Counted from the stretch's first letter, positions 17,702 to 27,261 are shown. The stretch is DNA of 64,000 nt from Alistipes senegalensis (GCA_023665275.1 JAMPEF010000001.1:40924-104923), one strand, 5' to 3'. Translations and numbers: made by a program. The notes: a model not told the origin generated them from the sequence alone.

Positions 17702-20293
17702 TTATTTTTTAGTAGCTACCTTGCGTATCATGTCAATCGGAATAACCATGAATGCAAGTACAATACAGATTAACCATGTCTTTATATTAAGTGGTTCAAC
17801 GCTAAGGAACTCACCACCAAACGTTACAAATACAAACTGTATCAGTAGCAATGCACCCATTACAATAAGGAAATTTTTATTTCTGCCTAAATGTTCAAAT
17901 ACGTTGATTTTTTCTGTACGTGCATTGAAACCATTAAATGTGATAGCCATCATGAACGTTGCAAAAAGTGCTGAACACAGATACGTATCGTCTACATCAC
18001 CAAAAATGTCACGCAGTGCCGGAACAAAACGTATACAGAGACAAAGTGCTGTAATATAAAGTCCGCTGATTACAAACTGCATCATCATTGACTTGCTGAC
18101 AATACTTTCATTACGTGGAATAGGTCTGTCTTTCATGTACTCCTTAAGCGCCGGCTCACTACCAAATGCAATAGCAGCGAGCGTATCCATAGCGAGATTT
18201 ACGAGAAGTAACTGAATAACTGTCATCATTGTAGGCTCACCAAGAAGCGGACCTATGAAACATGTCAGAACTGCCGCAACATTTACTGTAAGCTGGAATA
18301 TAAGGAACTTTCTTATACCTTTAAACATTGTACGTCCGTAAAGAATGGCTTTCGCAATTGAAGAGAAGTTATCATCAAGAATAGTTATATCGCCTGCCTC
18401 TTTAGCAACTTCCGTACCACTACCCATAGCAAATCCGACATCTGCTTTTTTAAGTGCCGGAGAATCGTTTACACCGTCGCCTGTCATACCTACTACGTAA
18501 TCAAGTTCCTGTGCGCAACGTACAAGACGACTCTTGTCAGTCGGCAACGCACGGGCAACAACTCTTAAATTAGGAATAACTTTTTTAAGTTCTTCGTCTG
18601 TCTTTTCATTAAGTTCAGCAGAAGTAAGTGCAACATCTTCCGGATTTCTGATAAGTCCTGCTTCCTTTGCAATAGCAACAGCAGTTTCCTTACGGTCGCC
18701 GGTAACCATTACAACCTGAATGCCGGCGTTCTGAACTTCCTTGATAGCATCAACCGCCTCTTTACGTACATTGTCTCTAATACAAAGAATACATACAAGC
18801 GTAAGGTCACCTTCATCACTGACACCATCACGCTTTGCAACGGCAAGAAGTCGCATTGAACGTCCTGCCTGTTCATCGATATATTTTGTTATTTCCTTGT
18901 GATTATTGAGAACGTTTATATTTCCGTTAGCGTCAACATACTGTGTACATCTCACAAGAAGTTTTTCAGGTGCACCCTTTACGTAAGTATAACTTGCACC
19001 ATTTCTTGAAATAGTAACACTGGACATCTTTTGTGTAGAATTGAATGGATTGAAGTTTGTAGCCTCGTCCTTGTTGATTTTGTTTTCTGCCTTGGCATCA
19101 ATCAGGAAATTCATTAAAGCACGGTCAGTACTATTACCACCGATAACGTTTCCATCACTTGCGGCGGCACTGTTATTAACGCCAGCACCTACAACAATAT
19201 CATCTATGAACTTTTCCGATGTATCAGAAAGTTTTGAAAATTTCTTTACATCACCTGTGATAAATTCAACTACTGAAAGTTTACCCTCTGTGATAGTACC
19301 TGTCTTGTCGCTATAAAGAAGGCTGAGACTTCCAGCAGTTTCAAGACCGTTTATCTTTCTTACAAGTACGTTGTCTTTTGACATCTTAAGGCTCTGGAAT
19401 GAAAGCAGTATAGATGTAAGCATCGGAAGACCTTCCGGAACTGCACATACTATGATAGTAACCGCTACTGTGATAGCATTCATTATAACCTTAATCCAGC
19501 CTATTGCAGAATCAGGTGCACCGTCGCCGATAACAGTCTGTAATATAGTACAGATGATAATTGCAACAGCTCCGATATATCCAAACATTGAAATCTGTTT
19601 TGCAAGTTTGGAAAGTTTAACCTGTAAAGGAGTTTCACGTGTATCTTCCTGAACTTCAAGGGCAAGCTCACCGAAAAGCGTCTTATCACCAACAACTTTT
19701 ACTTCCATATAAGCCTCACCACCGCATACGACTGTACCACGATAAGCATAATGTTTATTGAGCAGGTCTTTTATGTCGTATTTTTCGCCGGAATTTACAG
19801 GATGTTTTTCTGCCTCTTCGGTTTCGCCGTTTAGTGCCGCCTGGTCTACTTTTACTTCACCCTCGACAATTTCGCCATCTGCTGCAATTTTGTCGCCTGC
19901 CTGAAGATAGATAATATCCCCTACAACAACTTCGCTGACATGGATTTCACAAAGCTTGCCATCACGGATAACTTTAGCCATTTCCTTGGATTCTTCTTCT
20001 TCTTTGAGTGCAGAGGCTTTATTTTCCTGTTTATGTTCGCTGATTGAGGAAACACCATTTGCAATTAGTATCGCAATAAGAACACCAACCGGCTCGAACC
20101 ACTCCGCCTGACCCATAAAACATAATACAACCTGTACTACAAGTGCAACGATAAGAATCATAATCATAGGGTCTTTAAAACCTTCAAGAATTTTTTTCCA
20201 TAATGGGTCGGGGGGAATCTGAGTAAGATTATTGTCGCCATGTTTTTTACGACTTTCTTCAACCTCTTTTTTTGACAGTCCATTAAGATTCAT
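17702..20293 (-). CDS. Calcium-translocating P-type ATPase (second copy in window)
   Basis: DKTGTITEG, TGDGVNDSPALKKADVG, PEGLP. Start taken at MNLNG (ATG 20293, AAGGAG RBS) rather than the ORF-track start at 20428. Confidence 0.85.
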   Translation of the reverse strand: MNLNGLSKKEVEESRKKHGDNNLTQIPPDPLWKKILEGFKDPMIMILIVALVVQVVLCFMGQAEWFEPVGVLIAILIANGVSSISEHKQENKASALKEEEESKEMAKVIRDGKLCEIHVSEVVVGDIIYLQAGDKIAADGEIVEGEVKVDQAALNGETEEAEKHPVNSGEKYDIKDLLNKHYAYRGTVVCGGEAYMEVKVVGDKTLFGELALEVQEDTRETPLQVKLSKLAKQISMFGYIGAVAIIICTILQTVIGDGAPDSAIGWIKVIMNAITVAVTIIVCAVPEGLPMLTSILLSFQSLKMSKDNVLVRKINGLETAGSLSLLYSDKTGTITEGKLSVVEFITGDVKKFSKLSDTSEKFIDDIVVGAGVNNSAAASDGNVIGGNSTDRALMNFLIDAKAENKINKDEATNFNPFNSTQKMSSVTISRNGASYTYVKGAPEKLLVRCTQYVDANGNINVLNNHKEITKYIDEQAGRSMRLLAVAKRDGVSDEGDLTLVCILCIRDNVRKEAVDAIKEVQNAGIQVVMVTGDRKETAVAIAKEAGLIRNPEDVALTSAELNEKTDEELKKVIPNLRVVARALPTDKSRLVRCAQELDYVVGMTGDGVNDSPALKKADVGFAMGSGTEVAKEAGDITILDDNFSSIAKAILYGRTMFKGIRKFLIFQLTVNVAAVLTCFIGPLLGEPTMMTVIQLLLVNLAMDTLAAIAFGSEPALKEYMKDRPIPRNESIVSKSMMMQFVISGLYITALCLCIRFVPALRDIFGDVDDTYLCSALFATFMMAITFNGFNARTEKINVFEHLGRNKNFLIVMGALLLIQFVFVTFGGEFLSVEPLNIKTWLICIVLAFMVIPIDMIRKVATKK

Positions 20294-20557
20294 AGACATA
20301 TCTCCTTCTTTTGAATATATTTTTTCAGGTGCGCAAAAGCACACACTTATAGTTAATATTATACATTCCGGAGGGGCATTTGTCAATATCCGGAAACTGA
20401 AAATGTCGTAATTTAGCGAACCAAACAAATTATTATTATTCTATTTGTGAAAATTAACGTCACCTGAATTTTCATGACATACATATAATTGACTGCACTA
20501 AAAACAATATTCATATAATGCCATATCATGCCACAAAAAAGGATTATGATGTTACAG

Positions 20558-20577
20558 AATGTTCCACATGGAACATT
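20558..20577. promoter_or_regulatory. Degenerate parS-like site (AATGTTCCACATGGAACATT) in the shared upstream region of the ATPase operon and fprA
   Basis: One central transition (CACGTG to CACATG) breaks the palindrome. Confidence 0.4.
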
Positions 20578-20742
20578 TTCATTGTGGTAATTTTTTGTGG
20601 AAAATCAACATAAAAAATCTTATGGAAATATTCAGCGTTATTTATAATTCAGACATAAAAAATTTCCTGAAAAAGTCTTTTTTTCCGTGACGGAATATGT
20701 TATAATAGAAGTATTCCAAATATGAAAAGAGGTATTTTAATT

Positions 20743-21897
20743 ATGCATATCACAGATGATATTTTCAATGTCGGCGTCAACGCCCATAATGTTGACTTAT
20801 TCGAGGGACAGTATATCGTCCCTAACGGCATGGCTTATCACTCGTATGTAATCATGGACGAAAAAATAGCTGTACTTGATACGGTTGATGCGAATTTCTC
20901 TGACGAATGGCTCGCCAATATAAGAGAAGTTCTTGACGGACGTAATCCGGACTATCTGATAGTACAACACATGGAGTGTGACCACTCTGCAAACATAATG
21001 AACTTTATGAAAGAATTTCCGGAGACAACTATTGTCGGAAATGCAAAGACTTTCACAATGCTTGCAAACTTCTTTGAAGATACAGCAGAACTAAAAAAAC
21101 TTGTCGTAAAGGAAAATGATACACTTTCACTCGGAAAACATATACTTAATTTTGTATTCGCACCTATGGTACACTGGCCAGAAGTAATGTTCACTTACGA
21201 CAGCACCGAAAAAGTTCTTTTTTCAGCCGACGCTTTCGGAAAATTCGGGGCATCGGACGTTGAGGAAGACTGGGCTTGTGAGGCAAGACGTTATTATTTC
21301 GGAATTGTCGGAAAATACGGCGCACAAGTACAAACAGTTCTGAAAAAAGCCTCTGGACTGGATATACATATAATATGTCCGCTTCATGGAGTTGTGCTGA
21401 CAGAAAATCTCTCCTACTATCTCGGACTTTATAATACATGGTCTTCATACGAAGTTGAGAGTGACGGCGTAATGATTGCTTATACTTCCGTTTACGGAAA
21501 TACCAAGAAAGCCTGTGAAATTCTTGCGGACAAACTCACGGAAAAAGGCTGTAAGAAAGTTGTTCTGTGTGACCTTGCCCGTGAGGATATGGCAGAAGCT
21601 GTAGAAGACGCTTTCAGATACGGAAAAATTGTCCTTGCCTCTCCGACTTATAACGCTGATGTCTTCCCTTTCATGAAACACTTCATTCTTGCACTGACTG
21701 AAAGAAATTTCCAGAACCGCACAATAGGTATTATTGAAAACGGTTCGTGGGCTGTTACCGCCGGAAAAGTAATGCATGATATGCTGGCAAAATCAAAAAA
21801 CATCACATGGCTTGAAAATACTGTAAGCATAAAATCTGCTGTAAAATCTGAAAATCTGATACAGATTAAAAATATGTCTGAAGAATTAATGAAATAA
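20743..21897 (+). CDS. Flavodiiron protein (FprA-like A-type flavoprotein; metallo-beta-lactamase fold plus flavodoxin domain)
   Basis: HMECDHS diiron-ligand motif in the N-terminal lactamase-like domain. C-terminal flavodoxin-like domain (SVYGNTKKACE). About 385 aa. Confidence 0.8.
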   Translation: MHITDDIFNVGVNAHNVDLFEGQYIVPNGMAYHSYVIMDEKIAVLDTVDANFSDEWLANIREVLDGRNPDYLIVQHMECDHSANIMNFMKEFPETTIVGNAKTFTMLANFFEDTAELKKLVVKENDTLSLGKHILNFVFAPMVHWPEVMFTYDSTEKVLFSADAFGKFGASDVEEDWACEARRYYFGIVGKYGAQVQTVLKKASGLDIHIICPLHGVVLTENLSYYLGLYNTWSSYEVESDGVMIAYTSVYGNTKKACEILADKLTEKGCKKVVLCDLAREDMAEAVEDAFRYGKIVLASPTYNADVFPFMKHFILALTERNFQNRTIGIIENGSWAVTAGKVMHDMLAKSKNITWLENTVSIKSAVKSENLIQIKNMSEELMK

Positions 21898-21910
21898 TTT
21901 TTTGATGCTG

Positions 21911-21930
21911 AATGTTCCACGTGGAACATT
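21911..21930. promoter_or_regulatory. Solitary perfect 20-bp palindrome AATGTTCCACGTGGAACATT (parS-like) 13 bp after the fprA stop
   Basis: Exact 20-mer that is its own reverse complement. Confidence 0.55.
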
Positions 21931-21988
21931 TTCGGGAATGCATTAAAAACCGTCTGAAAAGTCATAATATCAGAAAGGAGGGCTTTTT

Positions 21989-22192
21989 ATGAAAATAACA
22001 TTAAATCCCGATAAAGAAGTAGTCGAAAAAATAAAAGAGGGTCTGAAACTGAAAGACGGTTACTGTCCGTGCCGCATTCCCCGTACACCAGAAAATAAAT
22101 GCATGTGCAAAGAGTTCAGGGAACAGATTGCAGACCCGAATTTTGAGGGATTCTGTCACTGCATGCTTTACTACAAATCAAAGGAGGAATAA
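21989..22192 (+). CDS. Ferredoxin-thioredoxin-reductase catalytic-subunit-like protein (FTR-like)
   Basis: 67 aa with CPC(R)...CMC...CHC motifs characteristic of the FTR catalytic subunit fold. AAGGAGGG RBS. Directly precedes trxA. Confidence 0.6.
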   Translation: MKITLNPDKEVVEKIKEGLKLKDGYCPCRIPRTPENKCMCKEFREQIADPNFEGFCHCMLYYKSKEE

Positions 22193-22197
22193 TTTTA

Positions 22198-22505
22198 TGG
22201 AAATCACTATCACTAAGGAAAATTTCGATGATGAAGTACGAAATTATAAGGGAACTGTCCTGCTGGATTTCTGGGCTGACTGGTGCGGACCTTGTATGAT
22301 GCTTTCACCGGCTATCTCGAAAATCGCCACTGAACTTGCCGGAAAAGTTAAAGTCGGAAAAGTTAATGTTGATGAACAGCCGGAACTTTCCGCAGCTTTC
22401 AGAGTGGAAAGTATTCCGTTACTTGTTGTCGTGAAAGACGGCGTTATACAAAAGCAATCTGTCGGAGTTATTCCAGAAAATCAGATACTCGAAATGCTTA
22501 AATAA
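22198..22505 (+). CDS. trxA: Thioredoxin
   Basis: WCGPC active site. 102 aa. AAGGAGG RBS. The ORF-track start at 22128 is over-extended. Confidence 0.9.
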
Positions 22506-22510
22506 AAAAA

Positions 22511-22548
22511 AGTCACGAAGGAAAAATTTTCTTCGTGACTTTTTTGTT
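22511..22548 (+). terminator. Rho-independent terminator after trxA
   Basis: agtcacgaaggaaaa/ttttccttcgtgact hairpin followed by TTTTTGTTT. Confidence 0.7.
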
Positions 22549-22593
22549 TACCAAAAACGAAATCCCACATAATATATAGTGAGGTGATTATTT

Positions 22594-22704
22594 ATGCTGA
22601 ATTTTCTTTTAGGTTCATTTTTCGGTGGTACTGTAGGAATGTTTGCAATGTGTCTGTGTACCGCCGCAAAGAATGCAGATGATTTTTTTGACTCCGAAAA
22701 ATAA
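22594..22704 (+). CDS. Possible small hydrophobic protein (36 aa; below the ORF-track cutoff)
   Basis: GAGGTGA RBS 7 nt upstream of the ATG. MLNFLLGSFFGGTVGMFAMCLCTAAKNADDFFDSEK. Sits between the trxA terminator and the convergent serS stop. Confidence 0.25.
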   Translation: MLNFLLGSFFGGTVGMFAMCLCTAAKNADDFFDSEK

Positions 22705-23997
22705 TTATTTCTTAACCGGAACTGCTATAACGTCCTTACGCATATAGTGACGGAGTGCCTCCGGAATTCTTATACTGCCATCTTCGTTGATGTTGTTTTC
22801 AAGGAATGCTATTAACATTCTCGGCGGTGCTACAACGGTATTATTGAGGGTATGTGCAAAATATTTGTTTCCTTCATCTGTCTTTACTCTTATTCCAAGA
22901 CGGCGAGCCTGTGCGTCACCAAGATTTGAACAGCTTCCGACTTCAAAATATTTCTGCTGTCTTGGTGACCACGCTTCAACGTCGATACTCTTGACTTTAA
23001 GGTCTGCCAAATCACCCGAACAACATTCAAGAGTACGGACAGGAATGTCAAGTGTACGGAAAAATTCAACTGTATAACTGTAGAGTTTATGAAACCAGTT
23101 CATACTTTCCTCCGGTTTGCAGACAACAACCATTTCCTGTTTCTCAAACTGGTGTATTCTGTAAACTCCCCTTTCCTCAATTCCACGTGAGCCGACTTCC
23201 TTACGGAAGCACGGTGAATAGCTTGTGAGAGCTTTCGGAAGTTCTTCTTCGGGAATGATATTATCAATAAATTTGCCAATCATGGAGTGTTCACTTGTAC
23301 CGATTAAATAAAGGTCTTCGCCTTCAATCTTGTACATCATGTTGCCCATTTCCTCAAAGCTCATTACACCAGTAACAACATCACTTCTAATCATAAAAGG
23401 CGGAATATAATATGTAAAACCTTTGTCAATCATGAAATCCCTTGCATAAGAAAGTATACACGACTGTAACTGTGCAATATCTCCGCAGAGATAATAAAAA
23501 CCACTGCCACTTGTCTTTCTTGAACTGTTAAGGTCAATACCGTTTAATTTTTCCATGATGTCGACATGGTGCGGAACTTCAAAATCAGGTACTGCCGGTT
23601 CGCCGAATTTTTCAACTTCAACGTTTTCACTGTCGTCCTTGCCAATCGGGACACTTTCGTCAATGATATTCGGGATAACAAGCATAATTTCATGAATATC
23701 AGCTTCCAACTTAACTTCAAGTTCTTCCATCTCTGTAAGCTTTTCACCGATTTCAATAACTTCCGCCTTTACTTTTTCAGCTTCGTCTTTCTGACCCTTA
23801 GCCATTAAACCGCCAATTTGCTTGCTCTTTACCTTACGCTGATTTCTCAGACTGTCACATTCAACTTTCGTTGCCCTGTACTGCCTGTCCAGTTCAACAA
23901 CCTTGTCTACAAGTTCAAGTTTTTCGTCCTGAAATTTCTTTTTAATGTTTTCCTTTACAATTTCCGGATTTGTACGGATTAATTTAATATCAATCAT
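22705..23997 (-). CDS. serS: Seryl-tRNA synthetase
   Basis: 430 aa. N-terminal coiled coil MIDIKLIRTNPE. Class II motifs (FRKE, GSRG). Confidence 0.95.
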   Translation of the reverse strand: MIDIKLIRTNPEIVKENIKKKFQDEKLELVDKVVELDRQYRATKVECDSLRNQRKVKSKQIGGLMAKGQKDEAEKVKAEVIEIGEKLTEMEELEVKLEADIHEIMLVIPNIIDESVPIGKDDSENVEVEKFGEPAVPDFEVPHHVDIMEKLNGIDLNSSRKTSGSGFYYLCGDIAQLQSCILSYARDFMIDKGFTYYIPPFMIRSDVVTGVMSFEEMGNMMYKIEGEDLYLIGTSEHSMIGKFIDNIIPEEELPKALTSYSPCFRKEVGSRGIEERGVYRIHQFEKQEMVVVCKPEESMNWFHKLYSYTVEFFRTLDIPVRTLECCSGDLADLKVKSIDVEAWSPRQQKYFEVGSCSNLGDAQARRLGIRVKTDEGNKYFAHTLNNTVVAPPRMLIAFLENNINEDGSIRIPEALRHYMRKDVIAVPVKK

Positions 23998-24012
23998 TTA
24001 TAAATACTCCTT

Positions 24013-24864
24013 TTATTCATAGTCCTTTGCGAGTTTTTCAGCAATTGTTTTCAAATCGTCCTTATCATAAAATTCAAGGACGAGCGAACCTTTTTCTCCG
24101 CTATGTTTCACCTTGACTTTACGTCCGAGACGCATATTTAATGCAATTTCCATTTCAGCAAAATAATTGTCGGCCATATCCCGTTCATGTTCTTTCTGAA
24201 ATGCATTGTCTCTTTTATGTATTTCATTTTCAAGCTGACGTACAGTCATTTTACCGTCGGAAGCCCTTTCAGCAAGTTCAGTAAGAAATTTTACATCTTC
24301 AATCACTGCAAGCAGTGCTTTTGCATGACCAATCGACAGACTGCCTGTTTCAAGCATATATAGCACCGTATCCGGAAGTGAAAGTATTCTTACAGCATTT
24401 GCAATTGCAGACCTTGAACGCCCTACCATTTTTGCGATTTGTTCCTGTGTCATTCCGTATTTTTCAATAAGGTCACAGTAACCGTTAGCTTCTTCAACCG
24501 GATTAAGATTCTCTCTTTGAAGATTTTCTATAACTGCAATCTGCATAGCCTGTATATCGGAAAGTTCACGTATATTAACCGGTACTTCATCAAGACCGAG
24601 CATTCTTGCGGCTCTCCAGCGTCTTTCGCCGGCGACAATCTGATAACCACCAATCGACAAAGGTCTGACAAGTATCGGCTGTAACATACCATGTTCACGG
24701 ATAGACGCCGCAAGAGACGTTATTGCCTCTTCACTGAAAACTTTTCGTGGTTGGTCACGATTAGGTTCTATTTCAGAAGTCCTTAATGTTTTTTTTACTT
24801 GTATTTCGCTTGTATTGTCACTGAAAAGACTATCAAGCCCAGCACCAAGCCCACCTATAGCCAT
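24013..24864 (-). CDS. spo0J: Chromosome partitioning protein ParB/Spo0J
   Basis: 283 aa. GERRWRAA ParB box. HTH MTQEQIAKMVGRSRSAIAN. Genomic context soj-spo0J. Confidence 0.9.
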   Translation of the reverse strand: MAIGGLGAGLDSLFSDNTSEIQVKKTLRTSEIEPNRDQPRKVFSEEAITSLAASIREHGMLQPILVRPLSIGGYQIVAGERRWRAARMLGLDEVPVNIRELSDIQAMQIAVIENLQRENLNPVEEANGYCDLIEKYGMTQEQIAKMVGRSRSAIANAVRILSLPDTVLYMLETGSLSIGHAKALLAVIEDVKFLTELAERASDGKMTVRQLENEIHKRDNAFQKEHERDMADNYFAEMEIALNMRLGRKVKVKHSGEKGSLVLEFYDKDDLKTIAEKLAKDYE

Positions 24865-24884
24865 ATTTCAACCTCTTTTCCGGA

Positions 24885-25694
24885 TTATTTCTTGTTGAAT
24901 GAAAAAATTCCCCTGAGTTTTTTCTTCGGGAGTTCGAGAGGCTCACCGAGAAGTTCATGTCCAAGAAGTTCATAAGCCTCCGCACCCTTTGAAGACTTGT
25001 CATAATACATAACAGGCTTGCCATGACTTGGTGCTTCTGAAAGACGTACATTTCTTGGTATCTTTGTTTTGAAAATTTTATCAGGGAAATACTTTTCCAC
25101 TTCTGCAACTACATCATTGGCGACATTAAGTCTTCCATCAAACATAGTGAAAACAATTCCCTCAATATTAAGTACGGGATTATAATTCGTCTTAACAATC
25201 TTTATCGTATTGACAAGCTGTGAAAGTCCTTCCAGTGCGAAAAACTCTGCAAGCATCGGGACTATCACCGTATCACATGCAACGAGTGCATTTATTGTGA
25301 TAAGACCAAGTGCCGGTGGACAGTCAATAAATATATAATCATAGTCTTCACGACAAGTAAGCGTCTGCATTTTTAGACGTTTCATTCTGTTCTCAAAGTT
25401 TATAAGTTCTATTTCGCAACCGGCAAGAGATTCTGTAGCCGGAACTATTGATACATTGCTGAAATCAGTTCCTATAACAGCATCCTGAATCCTTATTTTA
25501 CCAGTCAAGACATCATATGTCGAGGCACTGGCGGACTTTTTCTTAACCCCAAAAGCAGTAGTAGTATTGCCTTGCGGGTCTGAATCAATACAAAGAACCT
25601 TAAATCCCCTTGAACCAAGATAAGCAGCAAGATTTACGGCTGTAGTAGATTTTCCGACGCCGCCTTTTTGATTTGCCACTGCAATTATTTTGCC
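24885..25694 (-). CDS. soj: Chromosome partitioning ATPase ParA/Soj
   Basis: MGKIIAVANQKGGVGKSTT deviant Walker A. Start set at MGKII (25694). The ORF-track start at 25715 is over-extended. Confidence 0.9.
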   Translation of the reverse strand, partial: GKIIAVANQKGGVGKSTTAVNLAAYLGSRGFKVLCIDSDPQGNTTTAFGVKKKSASASTYDVLTGKIRIQDAVIGTDFSNVSIVPATESLAGCEIELINFENRMKRLKMQTLTCREDYDYIFIDCPPALGLITINALVACDTVIVPMLAEFFALEGLSQLVNTIKIVKTNYNPVLNIEGIVFTMFDGRLNVANDVVAEVEKYFPDKIFKTKIPRNVRLSEAPSHGKPVMYYDKSSKGAEAYELLGHELLGEPLELPKKKLRGIFSFNKK

Positions 25695-25788
25695 CATGGT
25701 ATTCATTCCTTTCATTTTTTATATTTAATATTATAGCACCTTTTAAACGCTTTGTAAATAGTAGTTGTACAATTTTTATACTTATCCG

Positions 25789-26270
25789 AATGTTCCACGT
25801 GGAACATTTTCATGGCACAGACTTTTTATTCTTAATTGTTCCACGTGGAACATTTTTCATGCACAGACTTTTTATTCTTAATTGTTCCACGTGGAACATT
25901 TTCATGGCACAGACTTTTTATTCTTAATTGTTCCACGTGGAACATTTTCATGGCACAGACTTTTTATTCTTAATTGTTCCACGTGGAACATTTTTCATGA
26001 CACAGACTTTTTATTTCTGATTGTTCCACGTGGAACATTTTTCATGCACAGACTTTTTATTCTTAATTGTTCCACGTGGAACATTTTCATGGCACAGACT
26101 TTTTATTCTTAATTGTTCCACGTGGAACATTTTCATGGCACAGACTTTTTATTCTTAATTGTTCCACGTGGAACATTTTTCATGACACAGACTTTTTATT
26201 TCTGATTGTTCCACGTGGAACATTTTCATGACACAGACTTTTTATTCTTAATTGTTCCACGTGGAACATT
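25789..26270. repeat. Tandem array 3: 11 perfect copies of parS-like palindrome, period about 46 bp, filling the soj-noc intergenic region
   Basis: 16-mers start at 25791, 25837, 25883, 25928, 25974, 26021, 26067, 26113, 26159, 26206, 26252. All are exact TGTTCCACGTGGAACA. Spacer TTTTCATGRCACAGACTTTTTATTYYTRAT. ORFs 25673..25927 and 25882..26112 are artefacts. Confidence 0.9.
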
Positions 26271-26311
26271 AAAAAAGTCCCACATGAAAAGACTTCATGC
26301 GGAACTTTTTA

Positions 26312-27127
26312 TCATTTTGCTTTCTGAACAGGGATTCTAATTCGATATTCTATGTAGTCATGATGCTGAATTTTCTGTGAATCTGCCGGAATACCAGCCA
26401 ACTGCATCGTTTCCACGGTCTTATTTATGGTATTAATAAATATTTTCACATTCTGAAAAACTTTTGAACGTTTTTTATAGTTTGTCTTTTCACGTTGAGA
26501 GCCGATAAAATCCTCAATAAGTTTTTCAGTACGTTCAACATTAAGATTATCCTTGACGATTTTTTCAAGGATAACAAGTCTGTCTGGTGGACTTGCCAGT
26601 TTAAGTAAAGCTCTTGCATGACGTTCAGTAAGTCCAAACTTTCCTATTAGTTCACGTTCTTCAGGAGTAAGACGCAGAAGACGTAATTTATTGGCTATAG
26701 TACTTTGTGCCTTACCGAGTTTAGCGGCTGCATCTTCCTGTGTCAAGCCATAATATGTAATAAGTCTTTCGATAGCCGCCGCCTCGTCAAAGAAAGATAA
26801 GTCCTGACATTTAATATTTTCGACAAGCGCAATAATAGCAGAATCCCTGTCATTGACTTCATGTATGATACACGGAACTGATTTCAGCCCACATATTTCA
26901 GCAGCCTTTAGATATTTTTCACCTTTAATAAGTTCAAAAACCTCACCGCATCTTTTCACGATCAACGGCTGTAAAACACCGTTTTTCATGACTGATTCTG
27001 CAAGTACTGAAATTTCCGTATCCTGAAAATCCGGATTCGGTTTATTCTGGTCAAGAACAATCATATTTATATCAATCTCAACCACTTTACTGATGAGTTT
27101 TTCTTTTGTAAAATTTAAAAGTGCCAT
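26312..27127 (-). CDS. noc: Nucleoid occlusion protein / second ParB-family paralog
   Basis: 271 aa ParB-like. HTH LTQEDAAAKLGKAQSTIANKLRLL. Position between rsmG and soj matches noc synteny in Firmicutes. Confidence 0.7.
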   Translation of the reverse strand: MALLNFTKEKLISKVVEIDINMIVLDQNKPNPDFQDTEISVLAESVMKNGVLQPLIVKRCGEVFELIKGEKYLKAAEICGLKSVPCIIHEVNDRDSAIIALVENIKCQDLSFFDEAAAIERLITYYGLTQEDAAAKLGKAQSTIANKLRLLRLTPEERELIGKFGLTERHARALLKLASPPDRLVILEKIVKDNLNVERTEKLIEDFIGSQREKTNYKKRSKVFQNVKIFINTINKTVETMQLAGIPADSQKIQHHDYIEYRIRIPVQKAK

Positions 27128-27261
27128 TATTTTTACCTCATATAAATACTCGGGAATTTTTCCCTGTAAAAATATTCTAACACTTACGGGAAATATTTAC
27201 CACACAAAAAAAGCGTCCTGTTTCGACAGACCGACGCTTTTCATGACAATATACAATATAA

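Noticed and set aside
9050-26270. CRISPR interpretation of the repeat arrays
   Set aside because: The 'spacers' between palindromes are identical within each array (no unique spacer content). The repeats are 16-20-bp perfect palindromes shorter than typical CRISPR repeats. There are no cas genes in 64 kb. This matches centromere-like iterons, not CRISPR.
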